A DNA stretch of 64,000 bases from Chloroflexota bacterium. GTDB lineage: Bacteria; Chloroflexota; Dehalococcoidia; Dehalococcoidales; UBA2162. The position numbers and the translations under genes are program-made. The number at the start of each line of letters is the position of its first letter. The first letter of the stretch is position 1. Positions 45,822 through 55,114 of this stretch are shown piece by piece. Below the pieces are notes generated by a model. That model was not told where the DNA came from and made no database searches. It saw nothing but the letters and a program-made list of their open reading frames with translations. Location: positions 535 to 64,534 of the forward strand of contig JBDRLU010000002.1 in the NCBI GenBank assembly GCA_043812795.1. The letters run 5' to 3'.

Positions 45822-46745
45822 TTATTGAAAGAGCAGGCTCTCTTTTGTTTCCAGTTCCTGTAAGGCTTGCTCGGCAGCATGGCTGGCAGCTTCACTGCGG
45901 CTCTTCAGCAGGCGTTGCAGGCACTTTTTAGCCTCGGTGCCGCCGATTTTGCCTAATGCTTGAATTGCCGCCAGCTGGACATCCAGCTCGGGGTCAATCG
46001 CCATCGGGATGAGTAGCGGTAAGGCAGCTTCTTCTTCCAGTTCGCCACAGGCGTGGGCAGCTTCATAACGTACTTCGGAGTCTGGGTTACTTAATTCCCT
46101 GAACAGGATGTTTAACCAGGATGGGTCGCAACTCTTTCCCATCGCATAAATAGCACTGATTTGCAGTCGCGGCTGCTCACTCTGATAAGCTTCCTCAATG
46201 GCAGCTTTCACCTCGGGCAAGCTCAGGGGGGCCATCGCTTCCAGGGCACGGCGCCTGACTTCAATCGGCTTAGCCTTGTTGTTGAATACATTAAGTAAAG
46301 CCGTTTCTATTTTGGTCGTATGGCAGGGACGCAACTTGTTATGCTCGGCGAGCATGGCAAACTTACCCAGGGCACTGGCTGCGGTTGCTTGCACCTCTTC
46401 CGAGGTGTCCTGTTCGAGCATGATTAGCAGCGGGCTAATCAAGGATGGCTCTTCATTTTCCCACAAGCCCTTGATGGCGGTACCTCGTATTTCGGCGTCT
46501 TCGTCCTTAAAGCAATACTTGAAAATGCTATCGAAATTGAGCTCGACATTATCATCGGCCAAATCGACCAACCGCTGGATAACCTGCCGTCGCCGTTCCA
46601 GCTCAATGGTCGGCCATGAGTTCTTAAACAGCTCCAGTTCCTCCGAACTCAGGTTCGATAGCTCTGCTAATCTCGAATAAAGTGGTTTCTCACTCTTAGT
46701 TATTTCGGCCAAGATATCAGCCAGGGAGGGTATGATGGATTCCAT
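45822..46745 (-). CDS. HEAT-repeat protein (PBS-lyase HEAT-like repeats)
   Basis: Repeated ..D.D..VR..A..ALG... units through the C-terminal two thirds. Confidence 0.75.
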   Translation of the reverse strand: MESIIPSLADILAEITKSEKPLYSRLAELSNLSSEELELFKNSWPTIELERRRQVIQRLVDLADDNVELNFDSIFKYCFKDEDAEIRGTAIKGLWENEEPSLISPLLIMLEQDTSEEVQATAASALGKFAMLAEHNKLRPCHTTKIETALLNVFNNKAKPIEVRRRALEAMAPLSLPEVKAAIEEAYQSEQPRLQISAIYAMGKSCDPSWLNILFRELSNPDSEVRYEAAHACGELEEEAALPLLIPMAIDPELDVQLAAIQALGKIGGTEAKKCLQRLLKSRSEAASHAAEQALQELETKESLLFQ

Positions 46746-46749
46746 GGTG

Positions 46750-47559
46750 CTATTCCTCTTCCTCCTCTTGTTCTTCGTCCTGTTCCCAGATGGGTTCGGT
46801 AAACAAATCGATATATTCCCCCATCGCTTCAGATGCCATTTCTTTCATCTTTTCCTTCATTTCTTTGGCTTCTTGAGTCAGTTCTACCGTATCAATACTA
46901 ATATCCAGCATTTTAGGCAAGACTTCAAGTATTGCCAGAGCCGCCATCGGGTTCTGGATTCGGGTGGCATAAGTCGGTACTTCGCCAAGCAGGCACATAC
47001 CGGCCACACCTCTTTCTTTGGCGACGCCTAAGAGTAAACCATTTAATCCGGCGATTTGCAAGTTTCCTCGCTGCATCAGGTCATATTTTTCAAGCTCTCC
47101 GGCTAGTTCCGGGCTGGTGGCGACTCCCCAGACTCTTGATGGCTCGCTATGATGGATACGGGTCAGTGCCGCGGCACAGGTATAGAGCCGTTTGACCTGA
47201 AAGTTTAGCCCGAGGTCAACCACGCAGTTGGCCAGTTCATATGCCTTGGCCCCCGGCTGGTCATCACCGATAAACAGAATGAGGTCGCTTTTGCCAGCAG
47301 TATTTTTCCAGTAATAGAACTTACTTTGCGGAAACTGAGGGGCTTCGACGATATTATTTTTGACCATGATGCCGATGGGGTCGAAAAAACAGGCCGCCTC
47401 GATTTCGCCCAGTTCCTTGAAGTCGAGCTTGCGTTGCAGGTAGCTGGCAACGATGCTGGCTACCTGCCCAACGCCGGGCCAGGCGGCGACCATATTTGGC
47501 GAATGCAGTTTCGGATGGGCACGGAGTTTAATCAAATTACTCATTTCTAAAGACTTCAT
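46750..47559 (-). CDS. PAC2-family (proteasome assembly chaperone 2-like) protein
   Basis: ..LHSPNMVAAWPGVGQVASIVASYL.. N-terminal signature as I recall it for PF09754. Acidic tail EQDEEQEEEEE. Confidence 0.6.
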   Translation of the reverse strand: MKSLEMSNLIKLRAHPKLHSPNMVAAWPGVGQVASIVASYLQRKLDFKELGEIEAACFFDPIGIMVKNNIVEAPQFPQSKFYYWKNTAGKSDLILFIGDDQPGAKAYELANCVVDLGLNFQVKRLYTCAAALTRIHHSEPSRVWGVATSPELAGELEKYDLMQRGNLQIAGLNGLLLGVAKERGVAGMCLLGEVPTYATRIQNPMAALAILEVLPKMLDISIDTVELTQEAKEMKEKMKEMASEAMGEYIDLFTEPIWEQDEEQEEEEE

Positions 47560-47560
47560 C

Positions 47561-48862
47561 CTACTTGCCGGCTACCGATAGCCCCGATAAATAAAGCGAC
47601 GGGGTATTCACCGAGTCATCGACCCATTTGGTATCGCTGCCGATGGCATTAATATTCTTGAGGAGACGGTAAACGTTTCCGGAAACCATGGTATCTTTCA
47701 CTCTACCTGTTATTTTACCATGTTCTACCTTATAACCTAAAAGAACGTTACCGCTGAAGTCACCGCCGAGGATATTACCCTGTTCGGCACCCATCAATTG
47801 TTCGATGACCAGCCCTTCCTGCATATCGCTCACCATTTCGGCGAAGGTGGTATTGCCTGGCGTGATAATGAAGGCACTCGGAGCAGGGGAGGGCAAGCTG
47901 CTGCCGCTTCTCTGGCCGTTGCCCGTACTTTGCTTATTGGCGCGGGCCGCCGTTTGCAGGTCGTAAAGAAAGTTGCGTACTACCCCCTGTTCGACGAGAG
48001 AGGTGAGTTGACTGGGTACGCCTTCATCGTCGCAGGGACGACTGGTCGGACGATAAGCGACGGTCGGGTCATCCCGGAGGGATAATTTGGCGTCGAAGCA
48101 AGATTGACCGAGTTTCGACCCGATGGGGGAGGCCCCTTCAAGGACTAACTTGCCGTTAAAGGCGGCCATCAGGGAGGGCATCAAGGCACCGGCGACACCA
48201 TCAGGAGTAAATATTACCGGTAAAGACTTAGTCGGAGCGACGGCCCGGTTTTTGGCGCGTTCCAGCTGTTCGATGACCGCCCCTGCGACTACGTCGGGTC
48301 TTGTTATCGGGTGACAGTCACTTTCACTGTCACCGACGAAGAGCATATCGGTCTCACGGATAAGATTACCCCAGATGCTCAGACTGAAGGTGGTCTGCTG
48401 ATAGCTGGCCTGCCCGCCACGGGAATTCATAATCTTGACCGAAGTTACACTTTTATTTACCCAGGCGTGGCAGAGAAGTTCGGGAGTGTGCCGGCGTAAA
48501 ATGGCCAGTAGCTCTTCACCGAGCGTGACCATGGCTTCGATGGGTACTTTCCCGACAGCCGGGTCGAAAACGGCGATGTGGGGGTAGGTAGTCGGGGTGG
48601 GGAAATCGAATTTGACGTCCATGCCGAACTGGGCTGTCTCGGCAGCCATCCTGACCAGGGTTTCACTGTCATCAAGGCGGGTGGCGGTAGCATAGCCCAG
48701 TTTACCCTGCTTGACCAGACGTAGCGCTACGGCCGTACGCTGTTTGCTCTGGATATGCTTCAGGCGGTTAGCTTCGAATTGAATCGGTGTCTCTTCTGAA
48801 GTTACCTGGAAGACTTCGGCTTCCTCGGCTACTTTTTTTGCTTGAGCCAGGATATTCTCCAC
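47561..48862 (-). CDS. pmbA: TldE/PmbA-family metalloprotease subunit
   Basis: 433 aa TldD/PmbA fold with the Gly-rich C-terminal region ..GAEQGNILGGDFSGN... GTG start abuts the tldD stop. Confidence 0.85.
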   Translation of the reverse strand: MENILAQAKKVAEEAEVFQVTSEETPIQFEANRLKHIQSKQRTAVALRLVKQGKLGYATATRLDDSETLVRMAAETAQFGMDVKFDFPTPTTYPHIAVFDPAVGKVPIEAMVTLGEELLAILRRHTPELLCHAWVNKSVTSVKIMNSRGGQASYQQTTFSLSIWGNLIRETDMLFVGDSESDCHPITRPDVVAGAVIEQLERAKNRAVAPTKSLPVIFTPDGVAGALMPSLMAAFNGKLVLEGASPIGSKLGQSCFDAKLSLRDDPTVAYRPTSRPCDDEGVPSQLTSLVEQGVVRNFLYDLQTAARANKQSTGNGQRSGSSLPSPAPSAFIITPGNTTFAEMVSDMQEGLVIEQLMGAEQGNILGGDFSGNVLLGYKVEHGKITGRVKDTMVSGNVYRLLKNINAIGSDTKWVDDSVNTPSLYLSGLSVAGK

Positions 48863-50239
48863 CTATTGTCCTCCGACTAAACAGTGCTGGATGCGGATAT
48901 GGGGACTGCCGTTGGATACCGGCAAAGGTGACTGGGCGCCCTTACCGCAGCCACCGCCTTCGTTCATATCGAGGTCATTGCCGATGGCATCGATATTCTT
49001 GAGGGTGGTAAAAACGTTGCCGGTCAGTGTTACCGGCCGCAGGAGTTCGGCGACTTTGCCGTTGCGAATCATATAGGCTTCACCGGCAGAAAAGGTGAAC
49101 ATTTCCATACTGGTGGTGCCGCCGTACCAGTTCTTGGCATAGACGCCTTCTTTAATATCGGCGATGATATCGGCAAACGAAGCTGATTTAGGCTCGATGT
49201 AAGTATTCGTCATGCGGACAATGGGCGGATAGCCGTAGTTAATAGCCCGGGCATTGCCGGTAGCTTCCTCCTGCATTTTGGCAGCAGTTTCACGGGAGTG
49301 GAGCCGCCCGACCAGTTTTCCTTCTCTAATCAGGTAGGTCTTGGTCGCTGGTGTGCCCTCGTCATCATATTTATAGCTGCCGCGCAGCCCCGGTACGGCC
49401 GCCGAATCAATGATGTCAAGTTCAGGGCGCCCGAATTCTTTGCCGAGGACCATAATCTCACGCATGCGTTCATTCTCGTAAACGAAGTCGGCTTCGGACA
49501 GATGCCCGAAAGCTTCGTGAACAAAAACACCGGCCAGGACCGGGTCTAAGATTACGGTGTACTCACCGCTTTTCACCTGCGGGGCCGAAAGCAGTTCCAC
49601 TGCCCGCCGGGCGCTGTTTGTTATTTGCTGGTGCAGATTTTTCAGCGTGCGAAAATCACCGCGGCTGCCCACACTTAATCCGGCCTGCTGTACCTCACCG
49701 CCTTCCACCGCCACGGCGGTTACCCGTAGCGTAATATCGGACCGCTCCTGCTCAATATCACTGCCGATTGAGTTCAGGAAGACGGTTTTTTTGTAGCTAT
49801 CCCCGTAACCGATGACGGAAGTCTGGAGTTTGGGTGTGCTCCAGATAAGGTCGTTGTATTCATCGAGCAATTGTTTTTTCTCTGACAGCGGGATTGCTAG
49901 GGGATTACGACCTGGCTCGATGAGTACCCGGTCTACAGTCGGCTCAACCGGAGCCAACTTGCTTTCGGCTTGACCCACCAGGCAGGCCTGTTCGATGGCG
50001 GCGTCAATTCTATCGGTCAAGTTGGCCAGGTTATTGAAACAGACAAATCCCCAGCCGCCTTTGACCAGCGCCCGCACATTGCCGCCGAGGGCAGTGCGGC
50101 GGGTCACCGATTCCAGCGTCCGGCCGCGGTAGGTAATCGAACTTGTCTGGCCCTCCTCGAGGCGGACTTCGAGGTAGTCGGCATTGTACTTCTTGAGTGT
50201 TCCGGCTATTTCCTGTCGGGCAGCTTCGATACTCGTCAT
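48863..50239 (-). CDS. tldD: TldD metalloprotease subunit
   Basis: ..VFVHEAFGHLSEAD.. (HExxxH zinc motif) and ..GGCGKGAQSPLPVSNGSPH... Confidence 0.9.
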   Translation of the reverse strand: MTSIEAARQEIAGTLKKYNADYLEVRLEEGQTSSITYRGRTLESVTRRTALGGNVRALVKGGWGFVCFNNLANLTDRIDAAIEQACLVGQAESKLAPVEPTVDRVLIEPGRNPLAIPLSEKKQLLDEYNDLIWSTPKLQTSVIGYGDSYKKTVFLNSIGSDIEQERSDITLRVTAVAVEGGEVQQAGLSVGSRGDFRTLKNLHQQITNSARRAVELLSAPQVKSGEYTVILDPVLAGVFVHEAFGHLSEADFVYENERMREIMVLGKEFGRPELDIIDSAAVPGLRGSYKYDDEGTPATKTYLIREGKLVGRLHSRETAAKMQEEATGNARAINYGYPPIVRMTNTYIEPKSASFADIIADIKEGVYAKNWYGGTTSMEMFTFSAGEAYMIRNGKVAELLRPVTLTGNVFTTLKNIDAIGNDLDMNEGGGCGKGAQSPLPVSNGSPHIRIQHCLVGGQ

Positions 50240-50445
50240 GTCGTTATCTTCTTTAAGGTGTAGCTAAGACCAGTTTACCGAGGTGGTCAGTCTATTGTCA
50301 ATCTACTTCATTTTACATAATAGTGGAGGAAAATGCCAATTACGATGTCGATTGTTACTGTTCTGGGCACTCGAGAGTTAAGCTGAAATTGACGAGGACT
50401 CCGCTGCTGGTATATCATCCTTTTAACAACTGCCAAGATAAGCCC

Positions 50446-51228
50446 ATGGTCGAAATCAAAAACCTTTGCTTCTCTTATCAGAAGAATGTTCCCATCTTCG
50501 CCGATTTTGGCTGGCATGTCGCTCAGGGCGAAGCCTGGTCAATAGTCGGCCCTTCCGGTTGCGGTAAGACAACGCTCCTCTACTTATTGGCTGGCCTCTA
50601 CCCACCATCGTCGGGGACGATAATTATCGGCGGCATGCCGCTGGATAAGCCTCGCCTCTCGACGGGTCTGGTTTTGCAGGACTATGGACTGCTGCCCTGG
50701 GCTACGGCTATCGACAATATCTCGGTCGGTTTAAGGATTCGTGGCGTAGAGAGAAAAGAGGCAACGCGGGTCGCTCGTGAGTGGTTGACCAGGCTGGCCC
50801 TCGATTCAGTAGCGGGCCATTATCCGGCCCAGCTAAGCGGCGGGCAGAGGCAGCGGGTGGCGATTGCCCGGACACTGGCCCTGCAACCCGACCTCTTATT
50901 GATGGATGAGCCGCTGGCTTCTCTGGATGCCATGACGCGAGAAGATTTACAGACCCTGATTATTGAGCTGCGGGATGTCCTGCCGGCAACGGCGATGGTA
51001 CTGGTGACACATGATATTGAAGAAGCAGTGTATCTGGGGAAAAAGATTCTAGTCCTGGACAATCCGCCCAATACGCATCCGGTAATTATGGAGAACCCGG
51101 ACTCCGGGTGTGCGGAATATCGCCGGACACCCGATTATGCGTTCAAGTGTGGAGAAGTGAGAGAGCTTTTTCGACAACAGGCAAAAAAATGTGGCGTTAA
51201 AACTATGAAAGTGGGACTCGGTAAATGA
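50446..51228 (+). CDS. ABC transporter ATP-binding protein (NitT/TauT, SsuB-like)
   Basis: Walker A GPSGCGKTT, signature LSGGQRQR, Walker B LLLMDEP. ATG 50446 is chosen from the family N-terminus MVEIKNLCFSY. Confidence 0.9.
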   Translation: MVEIKNLCFSYQKNVPIFADFGWHVAQGEAWSIVGPSGCGKTTLLYLLAGLYPPSSGTIIIGGMPLDKPRLSTGLVLQDYGLLPWATAIDNISVGLRIRGVERKEATRVAREWLTRLALDSVAGHYPAQLSGGQRQRVAIARTLALQPDLLLMDEPLASLDAMTREDLQTLIIELRDVLPATAMVLVTHDIEEAVYLGKKILVLDNPPNTHPVIMENPDSGCAEYRRTPDYAFKCGEVRELFRQQAKKCGVKTMKVGLGK

Positions 51229-52193
51229 AAGCGGCCATGACGGTGGGCCGGTTGAGCGGGTTCTGGCGTTCGTTGTTGACCGGCGAAGCGGCTATCAAGG
51301 CGGGCTATTCTTTCAGGGAACGATTATGGGGAATGCTCATCACGGTAAAGCCGCGTTTTGCCTTGATGGTCACGCCGGTAAATGCCGCCAGCGCGGCGGT
51401 GCTGGCCTACGGTGGTTATCCTTCGCTGACTAAATGTATCCTGGGCTTGCTCAGTGTGGCTTTTGTTTCCGCTTCAACTATCGTCTTCAACGATATCGTT
51501 GACCGCAAACGCGACGTTTTGTGCTGGCCGAAACGCTCGCTGCCCAGCGGCCGGGTAAGATTGATGCCGGCACTGGCGCTGGCTTTAATTTTGCTGGCTG
51601 GTTCGCTGGTACTGACCTGGCTAGCTTTTAACCCGCTGGCCTTCTTTATTCTTCTCTCGGTGTTTGCCTTGGGGATACTCTATGCCCTCTATTTACGGCG
51701 CAAAGTCGGCTACCTAGCACTGCCTCCGATTGTAGGCTTGATTTACCTCGGTGGCTGGGCAGCTTTTTCTCCCGAAACACTTTTTTCGGCGCGTCTGCCG
51801 TGGCTGCTTTATCTGCTCGGTGTGCTGTGGCAGGCGGCCCACATTATGGTCTATTCACCTCTCCATCCGCTGTATACCGAACAGGGCCAGCTGCGCACGG
51901 AAAGCAAGGCCCTTTTCGCGGCTACTTCGCCACGGACTGCCGTGGCCCTGGGGATGGGCTTCCTGGCCCTGACGGTGTTGCTGAGCGGGCTCTTACCGCT
52001 TTTTACCGGGCTGAGTTTTGTCTATCTTCCGCTGACCATCATTGCCGGGGGCTGGTCGCTGGTCCGTACCACACGATTTCTCCGTCAACCCACCGATAAG
52101 GAAGTAGGTTTCCGGGCTTTCAGCGCCGTTTCGACCTTGAGAACGGTGATATCGGGGGCCATTCTCCTCGACGTTTTGTTCCTCTGGAAATGA
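51225..52193 (+). CDS. divergent UbiA-superfamily prenyltransferase
   Basis: 8-9 TM protein. First Asp-rich motif is FNDIVDRKRD...RSLPSGR (NDxxDxxxD). ATGA overlaps with both neighbouring ABC genes. Confidence 0.75.
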   Translation: MKAAMTVGRLSGFWRSLLTGEAAIKAGYSFRERLWGMLITVKPRFALMVTPVNAASAAVLAYGGYPSLTKCILGLLSVAFVSASTIVFNDIVDRKRDVLCWPKRSLPSGRVRLMPALALALILLAGSLVLTWLAFNPLAFFILLSVFALGILYALYLRRKVGYLALPPIVGLIYLGGWAAFSPETLFSARLPWLLYLLGVLWQAAHIMVYSPLHPLYTEQGQLRTESKALFAATSPRTAVALGMGFLALTVLLSGLLPLFTGLSFVYLPLTIIAGGWSLVRTTRFLRQPTDKEVGFRAFSAVSTLRTVISGAILLDVLFLWK

Positions 52194-52936
52194 TGATGAG
52201 TAAGAAAGCGATAATCTTTGGTCTCTTGGTTCTGTTCTTTGCCTGGGCGGTAGTGGCCCTGGTGGTGGATAAACCGATGGTGCCGGCTCCCTGGGTGGTG
52301 ATTTATTCCTTTTTTGCCGACCTGCCCCGCGGCCTGGGCTGGCATGCTCTGGTCAGCGGCTGGCGGATAATCGCCAGTATGTTTATTGCCACGGCTATCG
52401 GGCTGCCGCTGGGGCTGGTACTGGGGCAGAACCGGCGGTGGGATAAAATTCTTTACCCGCTGGTATATTTGACTTATCCGGTGCCTAAGGTAGCCCTGCT
52501 GCCGATTATCATCCTGTTCTTCGGCATCGGGGACGCCAGCAAAATATTTCTCATCAGCCTCATTCTTTTCTTCCAGGTGCTGGTCGTGGTGCGGGACGCG
52601 TCCCGTAATATACCGGCCCAACTTGTCCTGTCGCTGCGTTCGCTGGGTGCCGACCGGTGGCAGCTTCTGCGCCACGTTTATTTTCCGGCATCATTACCGG
52701 CCGTCCTGACTTCATTACGATTGAATGTGGCTATTGCCATTGCTGTTCTTTATCTCGCCGAGTCTTTTGCCACCGCTTCGGGTTTAGGTTACTATGTTAT
52801 GGACGCTTGGCAGCGGATGGACTATGCCCGGATGTACGCTACGGTGGGTGCGATGAGCCTGATTGGTTTTATCGCTTTTGTCATCCTCGCCTTGATGGAA
52901 GACAAGCTCTGTCACTGGGCGCAGGTCGGTAAGTAG
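52190..52936 (+). CDS. ABC transporter permease (NitT/TauT, SsuC-like)
   Basis: 6 TM. EAA-type loop ..VVRDASRNIPAQLVLSLRSLGADRWQLLRHVYFPASLP... Confidence 0.9.
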   Translation: MMMSKKAIIFGLLVLFFAWAVVALVVDKPMVPAPWVVIYSFFADLPRGLGWHALVSGWRIIASMFIATAIGLPLGLVLGQNRRWDKILYPLVYLTYPVPKVALLPIIILFFGIGDASKIFLISLILFFQVLVVVRDASRNIPAQLVLSLRSLGADRWQLLRHVYFPASLPAVLTSLRLNVAIAIAVLYLAESFATASGLGYYVMDAWQRMDYARMYATVGAMSLIGFIAFVILALMEDKLCHWAQVGK

Positions 52937-52964
52937 GGGATGAGAAAAGTAAGGGAGGCTATTT

Positions 52965-54137
52965 ATGGCAATTAACGAGCGGAGATGGGTTATCCCGGCT
53001 TTCTGGGACAAGGAATATCTGGTGGAATTGGAGAAGGAAGGCCTCATCCCGTCTATTTACGAAGTCTATGGTTCCCTGTCCAGTTCCCCGATGGGTAGTA
53101 TGCGTACCCGGGCTTCACTCCCTGAAGCCACCACCAAAGACATCGGCGATTTCGTCCAGAAACTGCATACCAAGGGGATTAAGTTCAGCTATGCTCTCAA
53201 TGCTATGACTTTCCGTAATTCGGAATATACCGCCGGAGGGCGCAAAGAAATATTCAAGTTCCTGGACTGGCTGAAAGAGATAAGGGCCGACTCGGTGATT
53301 ATTGCCAATCCCTTTCTGGCCAAACTGATTAAAGAACATTATACCTTTGAGGTCAGTGTATCGTCGGTTGCCTGCGTTGATTCCGTACAGAAAGCGGCCG
53401 ATTGGCAGGAGATGAAGGTGGCCAGCATAAAATTACCGCTGGTGGCGAACCGTAATTTTTTATTGCTCCGGAGCATAATAAAAAATACTACGGCCGAGGT
53501 GGAAGTCATGGTCAACCAGCTCTGCCTTTACCAGTGCCCTTTTGAAAGGTACCATACCGTCACCACTTATACTGATTCCCAGGCGGCCAAGAGGTGGGGA
53601 AAAGCACCCGCCTTTCTCGATTGGTGCCGTTTGAACTGTAATCTGATACGCTGGGGAAATCCAGCCGAGCTCATCAAATCTCCCTTCATCAGGCCGGAAG
53701 ACGTGCCTCTCTACCGGCGCTGCGGCGTAAAGTTTTTCAAGATAGTCGGCCGGAATAAGAGGATGCGTAACCGGATAGTAACGGTAATTAAGGCGTACCA
53801 GACCGGGAAATGGCCGGGTAATCTACTGGATATTGTCGGTATTAATGAAAACCCGCCGCCTTTTGAAATGACGCAATACTATCCCGCCAGTGATTTCGAA
53901 AAGTACTTTACCGAACCGCTCTACTATGTGGATAATCCCAAACTGGCCGGATTTATCAATTATTTCATTGAGAACGGCCAGAAATGTTCTTATCTGTGCG
54001 GCACCTGCCAGTATTGCGACCAGACGGCGAATCGAGTTGTCCGGTTGCCTTCCGAAGAGAGATTGAAGAAATTCCTTGACGCGCTGAATGAACTGGACGC
54101 CGCTACCAAAACGAAAGAGAGCCGTCTCTTTGCTTAG
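52965..54137 (+). CDS. U32-peptidase-family protein (UbiU/UbiV/RlhA/TrhP-like fold), Cys-rich C-terminus
   Basis: By-eye alignment to UbiU: ..LHTKGIKFSYALNAM.., ..IRADSVIIANPFLAKLI.., ..EVSVSSVA.., ..VEVMVNQLCLYQCPF.., ..FFKIVGRNKR... It also has KCSYLCGTCQYC. Confidence 0.6.
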   Translation: MAINERRWVIPAFWDKEYLVELEKEGLIPSIYEVYGSLSSSPMGSMRTRASLPEATTKDIGDFVQKLHTKGIKFSYALNAMTFRNSEYTAGGRKEIFKFLDWLKEIRADSVIIANPFLAKLIKEHYTFEVSVSSVACVDSVQKAADWQEMKVASIKLPLVANRNFLLLRSIIKNTTAEVEVMVNQLCLYQCPFERYHTVTTYTDSQAAKRWGKAPAFLDWCRLNCNLIRWGNPAELIKSPFIRPEDVPLYRRCGVKFFKIVGRNKRMRNRIVTVIKAYQTGKWPGNLLDIVGINENPPPFEMTQYYPASDFEKYFTEPLYYVDNPKLAGFINYFIENGQKCSYLCGTCQYCDQTANRVVRLPSEERLKKFLDALNELDAATKTKESRLFA

Positions 54138-54172
54138 TATGCTACGCGAGCTTGAATTAACTTGGAGGTGTT

Positions 54173-55102
54173 ATGCTAAAACGACTAACTCCCGTCCTGC
54201 TCCTGATGGCTATTTTATTCGCTGGTTGTGCGCCGGCCACGTCACAACAAGAGCCGAGTCTGAAGATTGGCTCGTTGCCGCGCATTATCGACCTGCCGGC
54301 CTACGTGGCCCAGCAAGAAGGATTATTTGAGCGGCAAGGCGTTAAAGTAGAGATAGTGCCTTTCCGCAGTACGGTGGAGATGAATACCGCTTTGCTCGCC
54401 GAGCAACTCGATGGGATTATCCAGGATGTTTTTGAAGCGGTCAACATGAATAAAGAGCAGCCTACAGTGAAACTGGTCGGCCGTGCGATAATGCCTCGAA
54501 TGTTCCAGATTATTGCTGCCAAAGACAGCGGTATTAATAGCGTGTCCCAGTTGAAAGGTAAACAGGTAGCCGTGGCTACCAGTACCATCATCGATTATGG
54601 CCTTGACCGGTTACTGGTGGCTAATGGTCTGAACAGTGATGATATAACGAGAGTAAATATCCCGAGTATGCCGCTGCGCCTCGAGGCATTAAACCAGGGA
54701 CAGGTGCCGGTGGCGGCACTGAGCCGGCCTTTGTCTGATATGGCGGTGCTCGGTGGGGGTAAGATTGTTGTTGAGGACGATAAAGAACCTTTTGCCGGGC
54801 CGGGACTCGTTTTCTCGCTAACTGCGTTGAAAAATAAATCGGAAGCAATTAGCCGGTGTGTTGCGGCTTGGCAGGAGGCGGTTGAGGCTATCAACGCTGA
54901 GCCGGCGAAATACGAGAGTTTGCTGGCCGAAATTGCTCTCGCCCCAGCTTCGGTAAGTCTTGAGGTACCTACTTTTCCTTTGCTGGCTCTGCCGTCCGAA
55001 GCCGAGGTGAAATCGGTGGTTGACTGGTTCATCGCTAAGGGATTGGCCAGCAAGCCACTGGCTTATTCCGACGTGGTGGAGACGAAGTATCTGGCAAAGT
55101 GA
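54173..55102 (+). CDS. ABC substrate-binding lipoprotein (NMT1/THI5 / SsuA-like)
   Basis: Lipobox ..ILFAGC, then ..LKIGSLPRIIDLPAYVAQQEGLFERQGVKVEIVPF... Confidence 0.8.
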   Translation: MLKRLTPVLLLMAILFAGCAPATSQQEPSLKIGSLPRIIDLPAYVAQQEGLFERQGVKVEIVPFRSTVEMNTALLAEQLDGIIQDVFEAVNMNKEQPTVKLVGRAIMPRMFQIIAAKDSGINSVSQLKGKQVAVATSTIIDYGLDRLLVANGLNSDDITRVNIPSMPLRLEALNQGQVPVAALSRPLSDMAVLGGGKIVVEDDKEPFAGPGLVFSLTALKNKSEAISRCVAAWQEAVEAINAEPAKYESLLAEIALAPASVSLEVPTFPLLALPSEAEVKSVVDWFIAKGLASKPLAYSDVVETKYLAK

Positions 55103-55114
55103 TGAGTTGGTAAC

